Shown here one piece after another: positions 1-9,048 of a stretch of 48,761 nucleotides of DNA. The notes under the pieces were generated by a model that saw nothing but the letters and a program-made list of their open reading frames with translations, made no database searches and was not told the DNA's origin. This DNA comes from an uncultured Gemmatimonadota bacterium. Lineage in GTDB: Bacteria > GCA-2686955. The stretch is from positions 62,001 through 110,761 of the forward strand of contig CAZBBK010000010.1 of assembly GCA_964490075.1 (NCBI GenBank), in the 5' to 3' direction. How positions within the stretch are numbered: the stretch's first letter is position 1; every line of letters starts with the position of its first letter. The position numbers and the translations under genes are program-made.

Positions 1-2
1 CG

Positions 3-1367
3 GCGGCGTCGGAGCCGCCGGACGCGCCGCCGGCCGACTCCAGCGCGGCGCTGCACGCCCGTCACCAGCTGGAGCGCGCCTACCAGCGCGAGCGCGCGCT
101 TCTCGAGGCCCAGCGCGGCGAGCTGGAGCGGGAGCTGACCGGGTTGCGAACACGCGGCCAAGGGCGGCGCGAGGAGGGGGAAGGGACGGTGCTGGAGCTG
201 ACCGAGCGCTTGATGGCGGCGCGTTCGCGGGCCTCCGAGCTGGAGCGGGGTCTGGACGAGGGCGCGGAGCCCGGCGCCTCGCCCGGGGCGCGGGGGGATC
301 TGCTCGACGCGACCCTGGAGCAGGCGCGGGTCACCTTGGCTCGGCACGGCGAGGTGCTCGATTCTGTCCAGGGTGCGCCCGCCGAGCGCCTCGGCGAGAT
401 CTTCACGCGCGCGTCCGCTCTGCTGCGGCGCTTCGGCAGCGTGCACACCGAAGCGGGCAGCTTCTTCGATGCGCGCGGCGTCCAGGTCGAGGGCACGATC
501 CTCCACTTCGGTCGGATCGCCGCCCTGGGCTCGGCCGCGGGCGCCGGAGGCGTGCTGGCGCCGACCGGCAGCGGCGGCCTGGAGCTGGTCGGGCCCGAGC
601 ACCACGACACGGTGCGGCGGGTGCTGAAGGGCGAGGCGCCGGAGCTGCTGGAGCTCTTCCTCTTCGATCCGCTGACCCGCTCCTCGCCGGCCGCGCCGCG
701 CCAGGCGTGGCGCGAGACCCTGGAGCGCGGCGGACTGCTGGTGTGGCCGATTCTCGGGCTCGGCGCCCTGGCGTGCCTGCTCTTCGTCGAGCGGGTGGTG
801 GCGTTGCTACTGTTGGGCGGCGGCGGCGCCGGGCTGGTACGCGAGGTCGCGGAGGCCGCGCGGACTCGCCGCTGGCAGGTCGCCGAGCGCCTGGTCGCGC
901 ACCGCACCAGCTCGATCGCCCGGGTGCTGCATGCCGCGCTCCGGCATCGTGACTCGCCGCGCACTCTCTTCGAGGACGCCGTCGGGCAGTCGCTCTTGCA
1001 CGAGACCGGGCGCATGGAGCGGATCCTCCCCGCCCTCCAGGTCATCGCCGGAGTCGCTCCTCTGCTCGGTCTGCTGGGCACCGTCACCGGCATGATCGCC
1101 ACCTTCGACGTGATCACCGAGCACGGCACCGGCGATCCGAAGCTGCTCTCGGGTGGCATCTCCGAAGCCTTGATCACCACCGAGCTGGGCCTCATGGTGG
1201 CGGTCCCGGCGCTGCTTCTGCACGCGCTCCTGGCCGGCCGGGTAGAGCGCCTGGTGAGCACCATGGAGAGCGGCGCGCTCGACCTGAGCGTGGCGCTGGG
1301 CCGCTCGCGCCAGGCGGAGCCGGCGCCGGAACCGGCCGGCGCCGAGTGTCCGGGGCGGGGCTCGTGA
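3..1367 (+). CDS. Large MotA/TolQ/ExbB-family protein with long N-terminal soluble region (TtpC-like); 5' end lies outside the window
   Basis: Frame is open from base 3. C-terminal ExbB motifs APLLGLLGTVTGMIATF and LLSGGISEALITTELGL. TGA stop overlaps the next GTG (GTGA). Confidence 0.88.
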   Translation, partial: AASEPPDAPPADSSAALHARHQLERAYQRERALLEAQRGELERELTGLRTRGQGRREEGEGTVLELTERLMAARSRASELERGLDEGAEPGASPGARGDLLDATLEQARVTLARHGEVLDSVQGAPAERLGEIFTRASALLRRFGSVHTEAGSFFDARGVQVEGTILHFGRIAALGSAAGAGGVLAPTGSGGLELVGPEHHDTVRRVLKGEAPELLELFLFDPLTRSSPAAPRQAWRETLERGGLLVWPILGLGALACLLFVERVVALLLLGGGGAGLVREVAEAARTRRWQVAERLVAHRTSSIARVLHAALRHRDSPRTLFEDAVGQSLLHETGRMERILPALQVIAGVAPLLGLLGTVTGMIATFDVITEHGTGDPKLLSGGISEALITTELGLMVAVPALLLHALLAGRVERLVSTMESGALDLSVALGRSRQAEPAPEPAGAECPGRGS

Positions 1368-1978
1368 GCGCCCGGCTGGCGGACTACCTGGTCTCCGGCG
1401 GGCTGGTCGCGATCTTCATCCTCGCGCTTTCGACGCTGCTCTGGGCCCTGATCTGGCTGCGCAGCTGCAACTTGCGCCGCGGGCTACGCGCCTCGCCGGC
1501 GCGCTGGCGGCGCATTCTGGAGGGCGACGAAGGACTGAATCGCGGCGCCGCCGCCGGCGTTCTGGTCCGTGCCTTCGGGCGTGGCCGCGCGCTCCTGGAG
1601 CAGGCCCCGGGCGCAGCGTCGGAGGGCAGCCTGGAGGCGATTTTCTTCGACGAGGAGCAGCGGCTGGGCCGCTACGGGCGCGGGGTGCGGGCGATCGTCA
1701 TGGCGGCGCCCCTCTTGGGTCTGCTGGGGACCGTCGACGGCATGATGGAGACTTTCGGATCGCTGGCCCGGACCACCGACATCGACCGTGGCGGCGGGGT
1801 CGCGGCCGGGATCTCCACCGCCCTCGTCACCACCCAGCTCGGGCTCTTCGTCGCCATCCCCGGTCTCTTGGTCGGGCGGCTCCTCGATCGCCGCGAGGCG
1901 GCGCTGCGCATCGAGCTCACGCAGCTTCACAAGGTGCTGGGGGCGTGGGTCCGTCGATCGAAGGCCGGCGGGCGATGA
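1364..1978 (+). CDS. exbB: MotA/TolQ/ExbB proton channel protein
   Basis: APLLGLLGTVDGMMETF and GISTALVTTQLGL motifs; N-terminal TM helix; GTGA and ATGA translational coupling at both ends. Confidence 0.88.
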   Translation: MSARLADYLVSGGLVAIFILALSTLLWALIWLRSCNLRRGLRASPARWRRILEGDEGLNRGAAAGVLVRAFGRGRALLEQAPGAASEGSLEAIFFDEEQRLGRYGRGVRAIVMAAPLLGLLGTVDGMMETFGSLARTTDIDRGGGVAAGISTALVTTQLGLFVAIPGLLVGRLLDRREAALRIELTQLHKVLGAWVRRSKAGGR

Positions 1979-2388
1979 TCCCCACGCGGCGCAAGGGCGC
2001 CCTGCGGGAGACCAGCGGGATCAATCTCTCGCCCCTGATCGACATGACTTTTCTCTTGTTGATCTTCTTCATGGTGACCACCACCTTCGTGCGCGACCTG
2101 GCGGTGGAGATCGAGCGGCCCGGGGCCCAGAGCGTGGTGGTGGCCGACCCGCGGGCGCTGCGGGTCGCGGTCGACCGCCGCGGCGGGGTCTACGTCGAGG
2201 ACCGCCTGGTGAAGATCTGGATGCTGCAGGGCCGCCTGCGCGAGCAGTTGCAGCGCAGCCGCGTGAAGAGCGTTCTGGTGGTGGCCGACTCCGATCTTCC
2301 GACCGGGCTCCTGGTCGAGGTGGTCGACCAGTGCCGACTGGCCGGGGCGGGGGAGGTCGGTCTGGCCGTAGAGCGTCGCGAGCCGTGA
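1975..2388 (+). CDS. exbD: Biopolymer transport protein ExbD/TolR
   Basis: INLSPLIDMTFLLLIFFMVTTTF TM segment with the essential Asp; ATGA overlap with exbB. Confidence 0.92.
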   Translation: MIPTRRKGALRETSGINLSPLIDMTFLLLIFFMVTTTFVRDLAVEIERPGAQSVVVADPRALRVAVDRRGGVYVEDRLVKIWMLQGRLREQLQRSRVKSVLVVADSDLPTGLLVEVVDQCRLAGAGEVGLAVERREP

Positions 2389-3020
2389 GCGCGCGGCTGG
2401 TGGTGGCGCTGGTTTTCAGTCTGGCGATCAACATCTCCGGACTGCTGCTCCTGGATCGCCTCAATGCCCGGCCGCGACCCGCGCCGGAGGCTCTCGCGGC
2501 CGAGGTCAGGGCGATCGACTTCCTGGTGCCTCCGCCGCAGCGCAGCCGCGAGCGCCGCCCGACCCGGCCGCCACGCCAGGAGGCCGCGATCGAGCCCTTG
2601 CCGGCAGCGCTGGCGAACCTGCCCTCGATGATCGGGGCGCGCCACCTCTCCGGACCGCCGCTGAACGCCGCCGGCATCATCCGCCCCGTCGACGTCGAGG
2701 AGCTGCCGGCGCTCGGGCGGCTGATCATGAGCGAAGAGACCGTCGATCGGCCGCCGCGGGCGACCCGCAGGGTGCGCGCCGAGTACCCGGTCGACGCCGA
2801 GGCGGCCGGGACCGAGGGCAGCGTCACCTTCCGTCTCCTGGTCGACCGGGAGGGGCGGGTGGAGAGCATCCGCATCGAGCGTTCCGAGCCGCTCGGCGTC
2901 TTCGACTCGGCCGCCCGCCGAGCGGTGGCGCGCTGGCGTTTCGCACCGGCGATCTTCGCCGGTCGGCCGGTCGCCGCCTGGTGCCGGGTGACCTTGATCT
3001 TCGAGCTGGGGCAGGTCTGA
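2385..3020 (+). CDS. tonB: Energy transducer TonB
   Basis: GTG start overlapping the exbD stop; N-terminal TM anchor, Pro-rich linker, TonB_C (YPVDAEAAGTEGSV...GRVESIRI...FDSAARRAVARWRFAPA). Confidence 0.9.
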   Translation: MSARLVVALVFSLAINISGLLLLDRLNARPRPAPEALAAEVRAIDFLVPPPQRSRERRPTRPPRQEAAIEPLPAALANLPSMIGARHLSGPPLNAAGIIRPVDVEELPALGRLIMSEETVDRPPRATRRVRAEYPVDAEAAGTEGSVTFRLLVDREGRVESIRIERSEPLGVFDSAARRAVARWRFAPAIFAGRPVAAWCRVTLIFELGQV

Positions 3021-4081
3021 TGCGGTGGGTGCGCGCGATGCTGGTGGCCTGGTTCCTGGCGCCCTCGGTCGAGGCGGCGAGCCGACCCGCGGAGTCGGGC
3101 GAGAGCGATCAGCTGACCCTCGTTCGCCGCTACTTGGTGGCCGGCGAGCTCGACACGGCCGAGCGGCTGTTGCGGCGGGTGGTCGATCGGCGGCAAGGGG
3201 GCGCGGGGGACTCGGAAGGGCTGGCGCCGAATCTGCTGGCTCTCGTGGGCATCGTCGACCTGCAGCGGCGGCGCTTTGCCGAGGCGGCGGCGCACCTGGA
3301 CGAGGCGCTGCGGCGCGGCGCCGCGGGCGAGGCTCTGCGGCTCTACCTGGGGCAGGCGCGCTACGGCGCGGGTGACCTCGACGGGGCGCTCGAGGCGCTG
3401 GCGGGGGCCCGCGAAACCGGTCGCCGCGTGGCCGGCTACCACCTCCTGAAGGCCCGCGTGGAGCGGAGGCTGGGACGCGGCGTGCAGGCCTGCGTCACGC
3501 TGGCCGAAGGCCGCGCCGCCTTTCCCGGGTCGACGGCACTGCTGCGCGAAGAGACCTTGCTGCTGGCCGAGCTCGAGCTCCACGCCAGCGCCACCGAGCG
3601 CGCCCGCGCCTTCCTCGCCGGGGCGCCTGACGATGTCTACGCCTGGCTGCTGCTGGCCTTTTCGCTGGAGCAAACCCGGAAGCGCGGCGCGGCGATTCTG
3701 ATCCTCGAGGAGGCTCGACAGCGCTTCCCTCGGGAGCGCCGCGCATGCGAGCGCCTGGCGCTCTGCTACGCCCGCAAGGGCTGGCATGGGAGCGCGGCGC
3801 GGCTCTTCGAGGAGCTGGCCGCCGCGGCACCGCGCTTCGCCTTCGAGGCGTCCGACCAGTACCGTCTCGCGGGGGCTTCGCGCGACGCCCTACGCATGAA
3901 CGCCGCGCTGACCGGCGCGCCGGCCGTCCAGCTCCAGCAGCGCCTGGCGATCCTGGTGGACGCGGGGCGCGAGGAGGCCGTGGCCGCGTTGCTGCCGCGG
4001 CTCGAGGAGCACGGGCTCCTCGACGAGGAGCTGCGCCGCGCGGCGCTGCGCCTGCTGGCCGACCACGGCGCGGGCGAGTAA
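3020..4081 (+). CDS. Exported tetratricopeptide-repeat protein (TtpD-like)
   Basis: TGATG overlap with tonB; signal-peptide-like N-terminus; repeated TPR-like helices (LYLGQARYGAGDLDGALEAL). Confidence 0.75.
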   Translation: MRWVRAMLVAWFLAPSVEAASRPAESGESDQLTLVRRYLVAGELDTAERLLRRVVDRRQGGAGDSEGLAPNLLALVGIVDLQRRRFAEAAAHLDEALRRGAAGEALRLYLGQARYGAGDLDGALEALAGARETGRRVAGYHLLKARVERRLGRGVQACVTLAEGRAAFPGSTALLREETLLLAELELHASATERARAFLAGAPDDVYAWLLLAFSLEQTRKRGAAILILEEARQRFPRERRACERLALCYARKGWHGSAARLFEELAAAAPRFAFEASDQYRLAGASRDALRMNAALTGAPAVQLQQRLAILVDAGREEAVAALLPRLEEHGLLDEELRRAALRLLADHGAGE

Positions 4082-4126
4082 CCCGCGGAGCCCGCCGGAA
4101 GCCGTTGCCGCAATTCCCAACGCGGT

Positions 4127-4154
4127 TCAAGCCGGACCGGCGCTGAGACGATGA
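4127..4154 (+). promoter_or_regulatory. Putative sigma-28 (FliA)-type promoter
   Basis: TCAA-N16-GACGATGA versus consensus TAAA-N15/16-GCCGATAA, directly upstream of the STAS-cheA-cheY cluster. Confidence 0.35.
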
Positions 4155-4240
4155 TTCGAACGAGGGCGCCTCCGCCCGCCCCGCCGCGCCTTGGACCTCT
4201 CCCAGGAGCGCTGCGCGACCACCCAATCAGGCGAGCCCCG

Positions 4241-4639
4241 ATGTCAGCAGATCTGGCCCCAGCGATTCGCAGCGTCCTGCTCGAGGCGATTCCCGAAGCC
4301 CGCATTGGGCGCGTGCTGGTGATCGCGCTCAGCGGGGAGCTGGGCGGGGCGCGGGCGCTGCGCCTGCAGCGGGCCGTCGACCGGGCGCTGCGCCGCGGCG
4401 AGGCCGAAATCGTGCTCGACTTGAAGCAGGTGACCGGCATCACCGGCTCGGCGATCGCCACCCTGATCCGCTGCGCGGCCGCCGCGCAACAGGCCGGGGG
4501 CGGGATCCGCGTGGCTCGCATGCGTCTTTCGGTGCGTCACTCGCTGGCCCTGATCGGCAGTATCCACTGGCTGAGTCCGCAGCGCACCGTCGCCGCGGCG
4601 GTGGCTTCCTTCGGCCGGAAGGCGGCGGACGATGGTTGA
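4241..4639 (+). CDS. STAS-domain (anti-sigma antagonist-like) protein; alternative start at 4151
   Basis: VLVIALSGEL...IVLDLKQVTGITGSAIATL...GGGIRVA matches the STAS pattern; the DSSG motif is degenerate. Confidence 0.75.
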   Translation: MSADLAPAIRSVLLEAIPEARIGRVLVIALSGELGGARALRLQRAVDRALRRGEAEIVLDLKQVTGITGSAIATLIRCAAAAQQAGGGIRVARMRLSVRHSLALIGSIHWLSPQRTVAAAVASFGRKAADDG

Positions 4640-6548
4640 TCGCAGCGCGACCCTGGGTCCCGAAGGGCGGGTCGGCGCGCGCGAGGAGCACGCCGGCGTC
4701 AGCGCCGAGGAGCTGCCCGAGCTGCTGCGCGAGGTGCGTCATTTCCACGCCCGCCTGGTGGCCTCGATCGCGGCGCTCGAAGAGGGCGAGCGCGAACGGC
4801 TCGACGCCGCGGTCAAGGAGGCCCACTCGATCAAGTCGCTGGTCGCCTTCGCCCGCCTCGACGGCCTGACCCGGCTCTGCCACCTCCTGGAGGAGGCGCT
4901 GCCGGAGCTGGTTCGGCGCGAAGGGCAGAGCCGATCCGAGCTGCTCGGCCTCACCATCGCCGCCGGCGACGCGCTGGCGTGCGCCTTCGACGCGATGGAG
5001 CATGCCGGGCGGGCAGTGCCGACGCAGGGCATCGAGGAGCTGGCGGCTCGTCTCGACGAGCGAGTTCGCGGCGTGCGGATCGGCGATCCCGGCGAGCAGT
5101 ACCGCATCGAGATCCCCGAACCCCTGGGCCGGGCGCTGACCGGCCCGGGACGCGCGGCGCTGCTGGCCGCGATGGGGGAGGGGCTGCCGATTCTGCACGT
5201 GATGCGCCGCCTCGACGCGGACCAGCCGCTGACCCACCAGTGGGCGGCTCAGGCACCGCCCGGAATGGTGGTGGCGCGCGCCCTCGGATGCGCCGAGCGG
5301 GAAGGGCTGGAAGTCCACTACCTGGTCGTGCCCTGCTCCGCCGATCCCTACCTGGCGACCACCGCGCGCGCGGCACGCAGCGTTCGCCTGCGCTACGCGC
5401 GGCGCCTCAAGCCCGGCGCCGATCCGAGCCAGATCCGGCTGCGCATCGAACCCGCCGACGAGGCCGCGCTGCGCCGGGCCGCCGCTTCTGGCGAGGAGAT
5501 CTGGATCGTGTCGATCGACCACGGAATCGACGACCCGATCCGCGAGGGGCGTTCGCGCCACGTCTTCGAGGCGTTGCGGGAGCTGGGTGCGGTCCACCTG
5601 GCGGCGCCGCCGCTGGAGGAGCTCGAGGCGGGCGAGTCGCACGGCGCCTTTCGCCTGGTGATGGGACTCGGCGAGGGTGCCGGTCCGGTCCGCGAGCTCT
5701 TGGAGCAGATCGCCGGCGACGCCGACTGGGCGGTGCGGCCCTTCGTCTTCACCAGCGCCGATCTGGACGCTCCCGCGGGCGACGTCGCTCCCGGCGCCGT
5801 GGGCGAGCGTAGCTCGGTGCTGGTCGACCGGCGCACCTTGGAGCAGATCATCGGCCACGCCGAGGCGCTGATGGCGGCCCGCGATCCGGAGCCCTGCGAG
5901 GGATGTTGTGGCGGATGTAGCAGCCAAAACAGCAGTAATATAGAAGATCCACTTCATTCATCGATCGAAGGTCTGCGCGGCGCCCTCGACGATCTGCTGA
6001 ACGTGCCGGCGGAGCGGCTCCTGGAAGGTGTCGAGCGCCTGGCGCGCGACGTCTCGCGACGGCGCGGACGATCGGTGCGCGTGGTGACCGATCTCGGATG
6101 CGGCCTGCGCCTGCCGCGGCGCATCGCCGACGCTCTGCGAGATCCGATCCTGCACCTGGTGCGCAACGCCGTCGACCACGGGATCGAGGCGTTGAGCGAT
6201 CGCGTCGAGGCCGGCAAGGCGCCGGTCGGGACCTTGCGGATCTCGATCGGCGGCGAGGGCGGACGATGGTGGCTGCTGGAAGTGGCCGACGACGGCCGCG
6301 GCATCGACGAGAGCGCGCTGCGGGCGCGGGCCGGCGAGCATGCCGATCTGCCCCTCGAGCAGCTGGTCTTCGCTCCCGGAGTCAGCCGCCGCGAGTCGGC
6401 CGACGAAATCAGCGGCCGGGGAGTGGGCCTGGGAATCGTGCAAGACGCGGTGCGGCGGATCGGCGGGCGGATCACGCTCGACAACCGGCCCGGCACTGGC
6501 ACCGTCTTCAGAGTAGAGGTGCCCAACCGGTCCGAGGAGAAGGGATGA
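4632..6548 (+). CDS. cheA: CheA-like histidine kinase (Hpt, central region, dimerisation, HATPase) with no C-terminal CheW domain
   Basis: Hpt EAHSIKS; N box HLVRNAVDHGIE; G1 VADDGRGID; G2 ISGRGVGL. The ORF ends right after GTVFRVEVP. Confidence 0.85.
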   Translation: MVDRSATLGPEGRVGAREEHAGVSAEELPELLREVRHFHARLVASIAALEEGERERLDAAVKEAHSIKSLVAFARLDGLTRLCHLLEEALPELVRREGQSRSELLGLTIAAGDALACAFDAMEHAGRAVPTQGIEELAARLDERVRGVRIGDPGEQYRIEIPEPLGRALTGPGRAALLAAMGEGLPILHVMRRLDADQPLTHQWAAQAPPGMVVARALGCAEREGLEVHYLVVPCSADPYLATTARAARSVRLRYARRLKPGADPSQIRLRIEPADEAALRRAAASGEEIWIVSIDHGIDDPIREGRSRHVFEALRELGAVHLAAPPLEELEAGESHGAFRLVMGLGEGAGPVRELLEQIAGDADWAVRPFVFTSADLDAPAGDVAPGAVGERSSVLVDRRTLEQIIGHAEALMAARDPEPCEGCCGGCSSQNSSNIEDPLHSSIEGLRGALDDLLNVPAERLLEGVERLARDVSRRRGRSVRVVTDLGCGLRLPRRIADALRDPILHLVRNAVDHGIEALSDRVEAGKAPVGTLRISIGGEGGRWWLLEVADDGRGIDESALRARAGEHADLPLEQLVFAPGVSRRESADEISGRGVGLGIVQDAVRRIGGRITLDNRPGTGTVFRVEVPNRSEEKG

Positions 6549-6946
6549 TGCAGATCCACGAACACGCCGAATCAGCGACGGATCCGGACGGCGGAGTCCT
6601 GATCGTCGACGACTCCGGTTTCTTGCGCGCCAAGATGCGCCGGGTCCTGGAGAAGTTCGGCTACGCGGTGGCCGGTGAGGCGGAGGACGGCACCAGCGCC
6701 GTGGCGATGTACCGCGACCTGCACCCCTCCCTGGTGACGATGGACGTCGTCATGCCGCACATGGACGGAGTGCAGGCAGTGCGCGAGATCCGCCGCTCCG
6801 ATCCCCACGCCAAGGTGGTGATGGTCACCTCGCTCGGCAACCAGGAGAAGGTGCTGGAGTGCCTGCGGGCGGGGGCGGTGAACTTCGTCGTGAAGCCCTT
6901 CACCGAGCACCAGCTGATGCGCGTGGTGCGGCGGGTGTTGCAGTAG
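6545..6946 (+). CDS. cheY: Single-domain response regulator, CheY-like
   Basis: LIVDDS, VTMDVVMP (phospho-acceptor Asp), VMVTS and FVVKPF; ATGA overlap with the cheA-like stop. Confidence 0.85.
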   Translation: MMQIHEHAESATDPDGGVLIVDDSGFLRAKMRRVLEKFGYAVAGEAEDGTSAVAMYRDLHPSLVTMDVVMPHMDGVQAVREIRRSDPHAKVVMVTSLGNQEKVLECLRAGAVNFVVKPFTEHQLMRVVRRVLQ

Positions 6947-7140
6947 TCCAGTAGGCGGAGGCGGCGCAACGGGTGTGGATCCGCGCGCGAACCGCTAGAT
7001 CGAAGCCTCCCCCGAGGTCCGAAGATCTGGCCAATCGTGTCGTGCCTGGCTACCATGCGGCGCGATGTCGCCTTCCCGGTACCGAATCCTCCTCGAGCTC
7101 GCCCACCCCGCCTCGATGGGAACAGGGACAGATATCAGCC

Positions 7141-9021
7141 ATGAACCAGTTCGCTGACTCGGATCACGGAGCCACGTCATCCGCTGATCCGTCTTCGAGC
7201 CCGGCTCGGAGTCTCTTGCGGAGAATCGCGGCGTTGGTGTCTGTGGCCATGGTCGCGACCCTGGCGGACACCCTCTACCACGCGATTGTCGAGAACTACT
7301 TTCAATATCGCTTCTATCGACTCATCTCGATCGAGCTCCTCGCCACACTGCGGCAGTATTTGGTGTTCGCCGGCGTGGCGGAAGTGCTCTCGTGGCTAAT
7401 TGGCTGGGTCGCCGGAGTGGCGACGAAGCGCGTCGAGCGCGGGCGCTCGGCATCGGCGACGCTTCGTCTTTACCTCTTTGGAGCGATCCTATTCGCCGAC
7501 TGGATCAACAACCAGGCGTGGTTCCCCACCAATCCCGGGTCGCCGGCCGGACGCAAGTGGAATGCAATCGTCGCGGGGGCACTCGCGGTACTGGGTATCG
7601 CTATTCTCGCGCTGTCGCTTTCCGAGAGATGGCAGCGAGGGGTCGCGGCGATCGCGAAGACGAAGGTGGCACGATCGGCGCTGGTGCTCGTGTTCGCGGC
7701 GTCGGCTCTGTTGGTGTTGGCGGGGTGGGTGTCGGGCGGCCGCGCCGGTGCCGGCAATCCCCTGATCATCGTCTCGATGGACACACTTCGTTGGGACCAC
7801 GTCGGCGCGCTGGGTAACGAGTCGGGCATCTCGCCGAATATGGATGCACTCGCCGCCGATGGTGTGCTCTTCGAACACGCCGTCGCTCAGGCGTCCTGGA
7901 CCCTTCCTTCTCACATGTCGTTGTTTACGGGGCAGTTTCCCTCTCGCCACGGCATGGTGGACAAGTCCGCGAAGTTCCACAAACGACAGGCCGTACTCTT
8001 GGCCAAGGTCCTCCGCGAGAGCGGCTACCGGACAGCCGCCTTCACCAATGGCGGCTTCGTGCGTGAGGAGTACGGCTTTGGGCGCGGCTTCGAGCGCTTC
8101 GACTTGGGACCGACCGGGTGGTTTCCCGAGGCGATTCGAGAGTGGCTGCGCACAGTCGAATCGGAGCCCTTCTTCCTCTTCGTCCAGAACTACGGCATCC
8201 ATGCCTACTGGGCCCCGGACGAGCTCATGCGGCAGGCCGGCATCACGATCCGCCCGGAGCTCAGCTCCTTTGGACAGTTTCATCCACTGCTGAAAGAGTA
8301 CCAACGCATTCCCTTGACCGAAGCGGTACGAGGCGATCAGCTGGCCCATCTCACCGATCGTTATCGAGTCGCGGTTCGGCATCTCGATGCGGAGTTGGGC
8401 AAGCTGATTGGGTGGCTGAAGGAGAGCCGCCGCTACGACGAGGCGATGATCGTGGTGCTGTCGGATCATGGCGAGGAGTTCGGCGAGCACGGCCACACAT
8501 TTCACGCGCATTCGCTGTACGACGAGTTGATTCGCGTGCCGCTGATCGTGAAGTACCCGGAGGGTCGGCGGAAGGGCGAGGTGATCGAAGAGCCGGTGCA
8601 GCTGATCGACGTGTTTCCCAGTGTGCTCGAGCAGCTGCAGATCTCGGCCCCCCCGACTGCGCGCGTCGATGGCAGGCTCCTGGCGGATGCACCGGCGGGC
8701 GATCATGCTCCGGCCTACGCCGAGCTGTACAAGTACGGTGGCGGCTGCTCGGTCCGCGCTGGGAATATGAAGCTGATCTATCGGCCTGCCTACGAGGACC
8801 GCCCCGAAGGCCGATTCCAGCTTTTCGACATCGCCGAGGATCCACAGGAGCAGCACGATCTCAGCGGCACGTACCATCCCGATGCCGATCGTTTGAAGAT
8901 CCTGCTCTTCGACTGGATGCGCGACCAGCAGGCGGGACGGTTGATGCAGGCCTCGCGCCAGGAGCGAGAGGTCAGCGGCCGACTCCGCGAGGAGCTCAGC
9001 GCGCTCGGCTACATCGACTGA
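7141..9021 (+). CDS. Membrane-anchored sulfatase-like hydrolase/transferase (alkaline phosphatase superfamily)
   Basis: Several N-terminal TM helices, then IIVSMDTLRWDH, QASWTLPSHMSLFTG, LSDHGEEFGEHG, VPLIVKYP, and C-terminal LSALGYID. Confidence 0.85.
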   Translation: MNQFADSDHGATSSADPSSSPARSLLRRIAALVSVAMVATLADTLYHAIVENYFQYRFYRLISIELLATLRQYLVFAGVAEVLSWLIGWVAGVATKRVERGRSASATLRLYLFGAILFADWINNQAWFPTNPGSPAGRKWNAIVAGALAVLGIAILALSLSERWQRGVAAIAKTKVARSALVLVFAASALLVLAGWVSGGRAGAGNPLIIVSMDTLRWDHVGALGNESGISPNMDALAADGVLFEHAVAQASWTLPSHMSLFTGQFPSRHGMVDKSAKFHKRQAVLLAKVLRESGYRTAAFTNGGFVREEYGFGRGFERFDLGPTGWFPEAIREWLRTVESEPFFLFVQNYGIHAYWAPDELMRQAGITIRPELSSFGQFHPLLKEYQRIPLTEAVRGDQLAHLTDRYRVAVRHLDAELGKLIGWLKESRRYDEAMIVVLSDHGEEFGEHGHTFHAHSLYDELIRVPLIVKYPEGRRKGEVIEEPVQLIDVFPSVLEQLQISAPPTARVDGRLLADAPAGDHAPAYAELYKYGGGCSVRAGNMKLIYRPAYEDRPEGRFQLFDIAEDPQEQHDLSGTYHPDADRLKILLFDWMRDQQAGRLMQASRQEREVSGRLREELSALGYID

Positions 9022-9048
9022 GTGCCCGCGCCGGAGTCTGGCCCAACC

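Noticed and set aside
4115-4140. GGTTCAAGCC resembling a tRNA T-loop
   Set aside because: No pairing T-stem, anticodon arm or acceptor stem is present.
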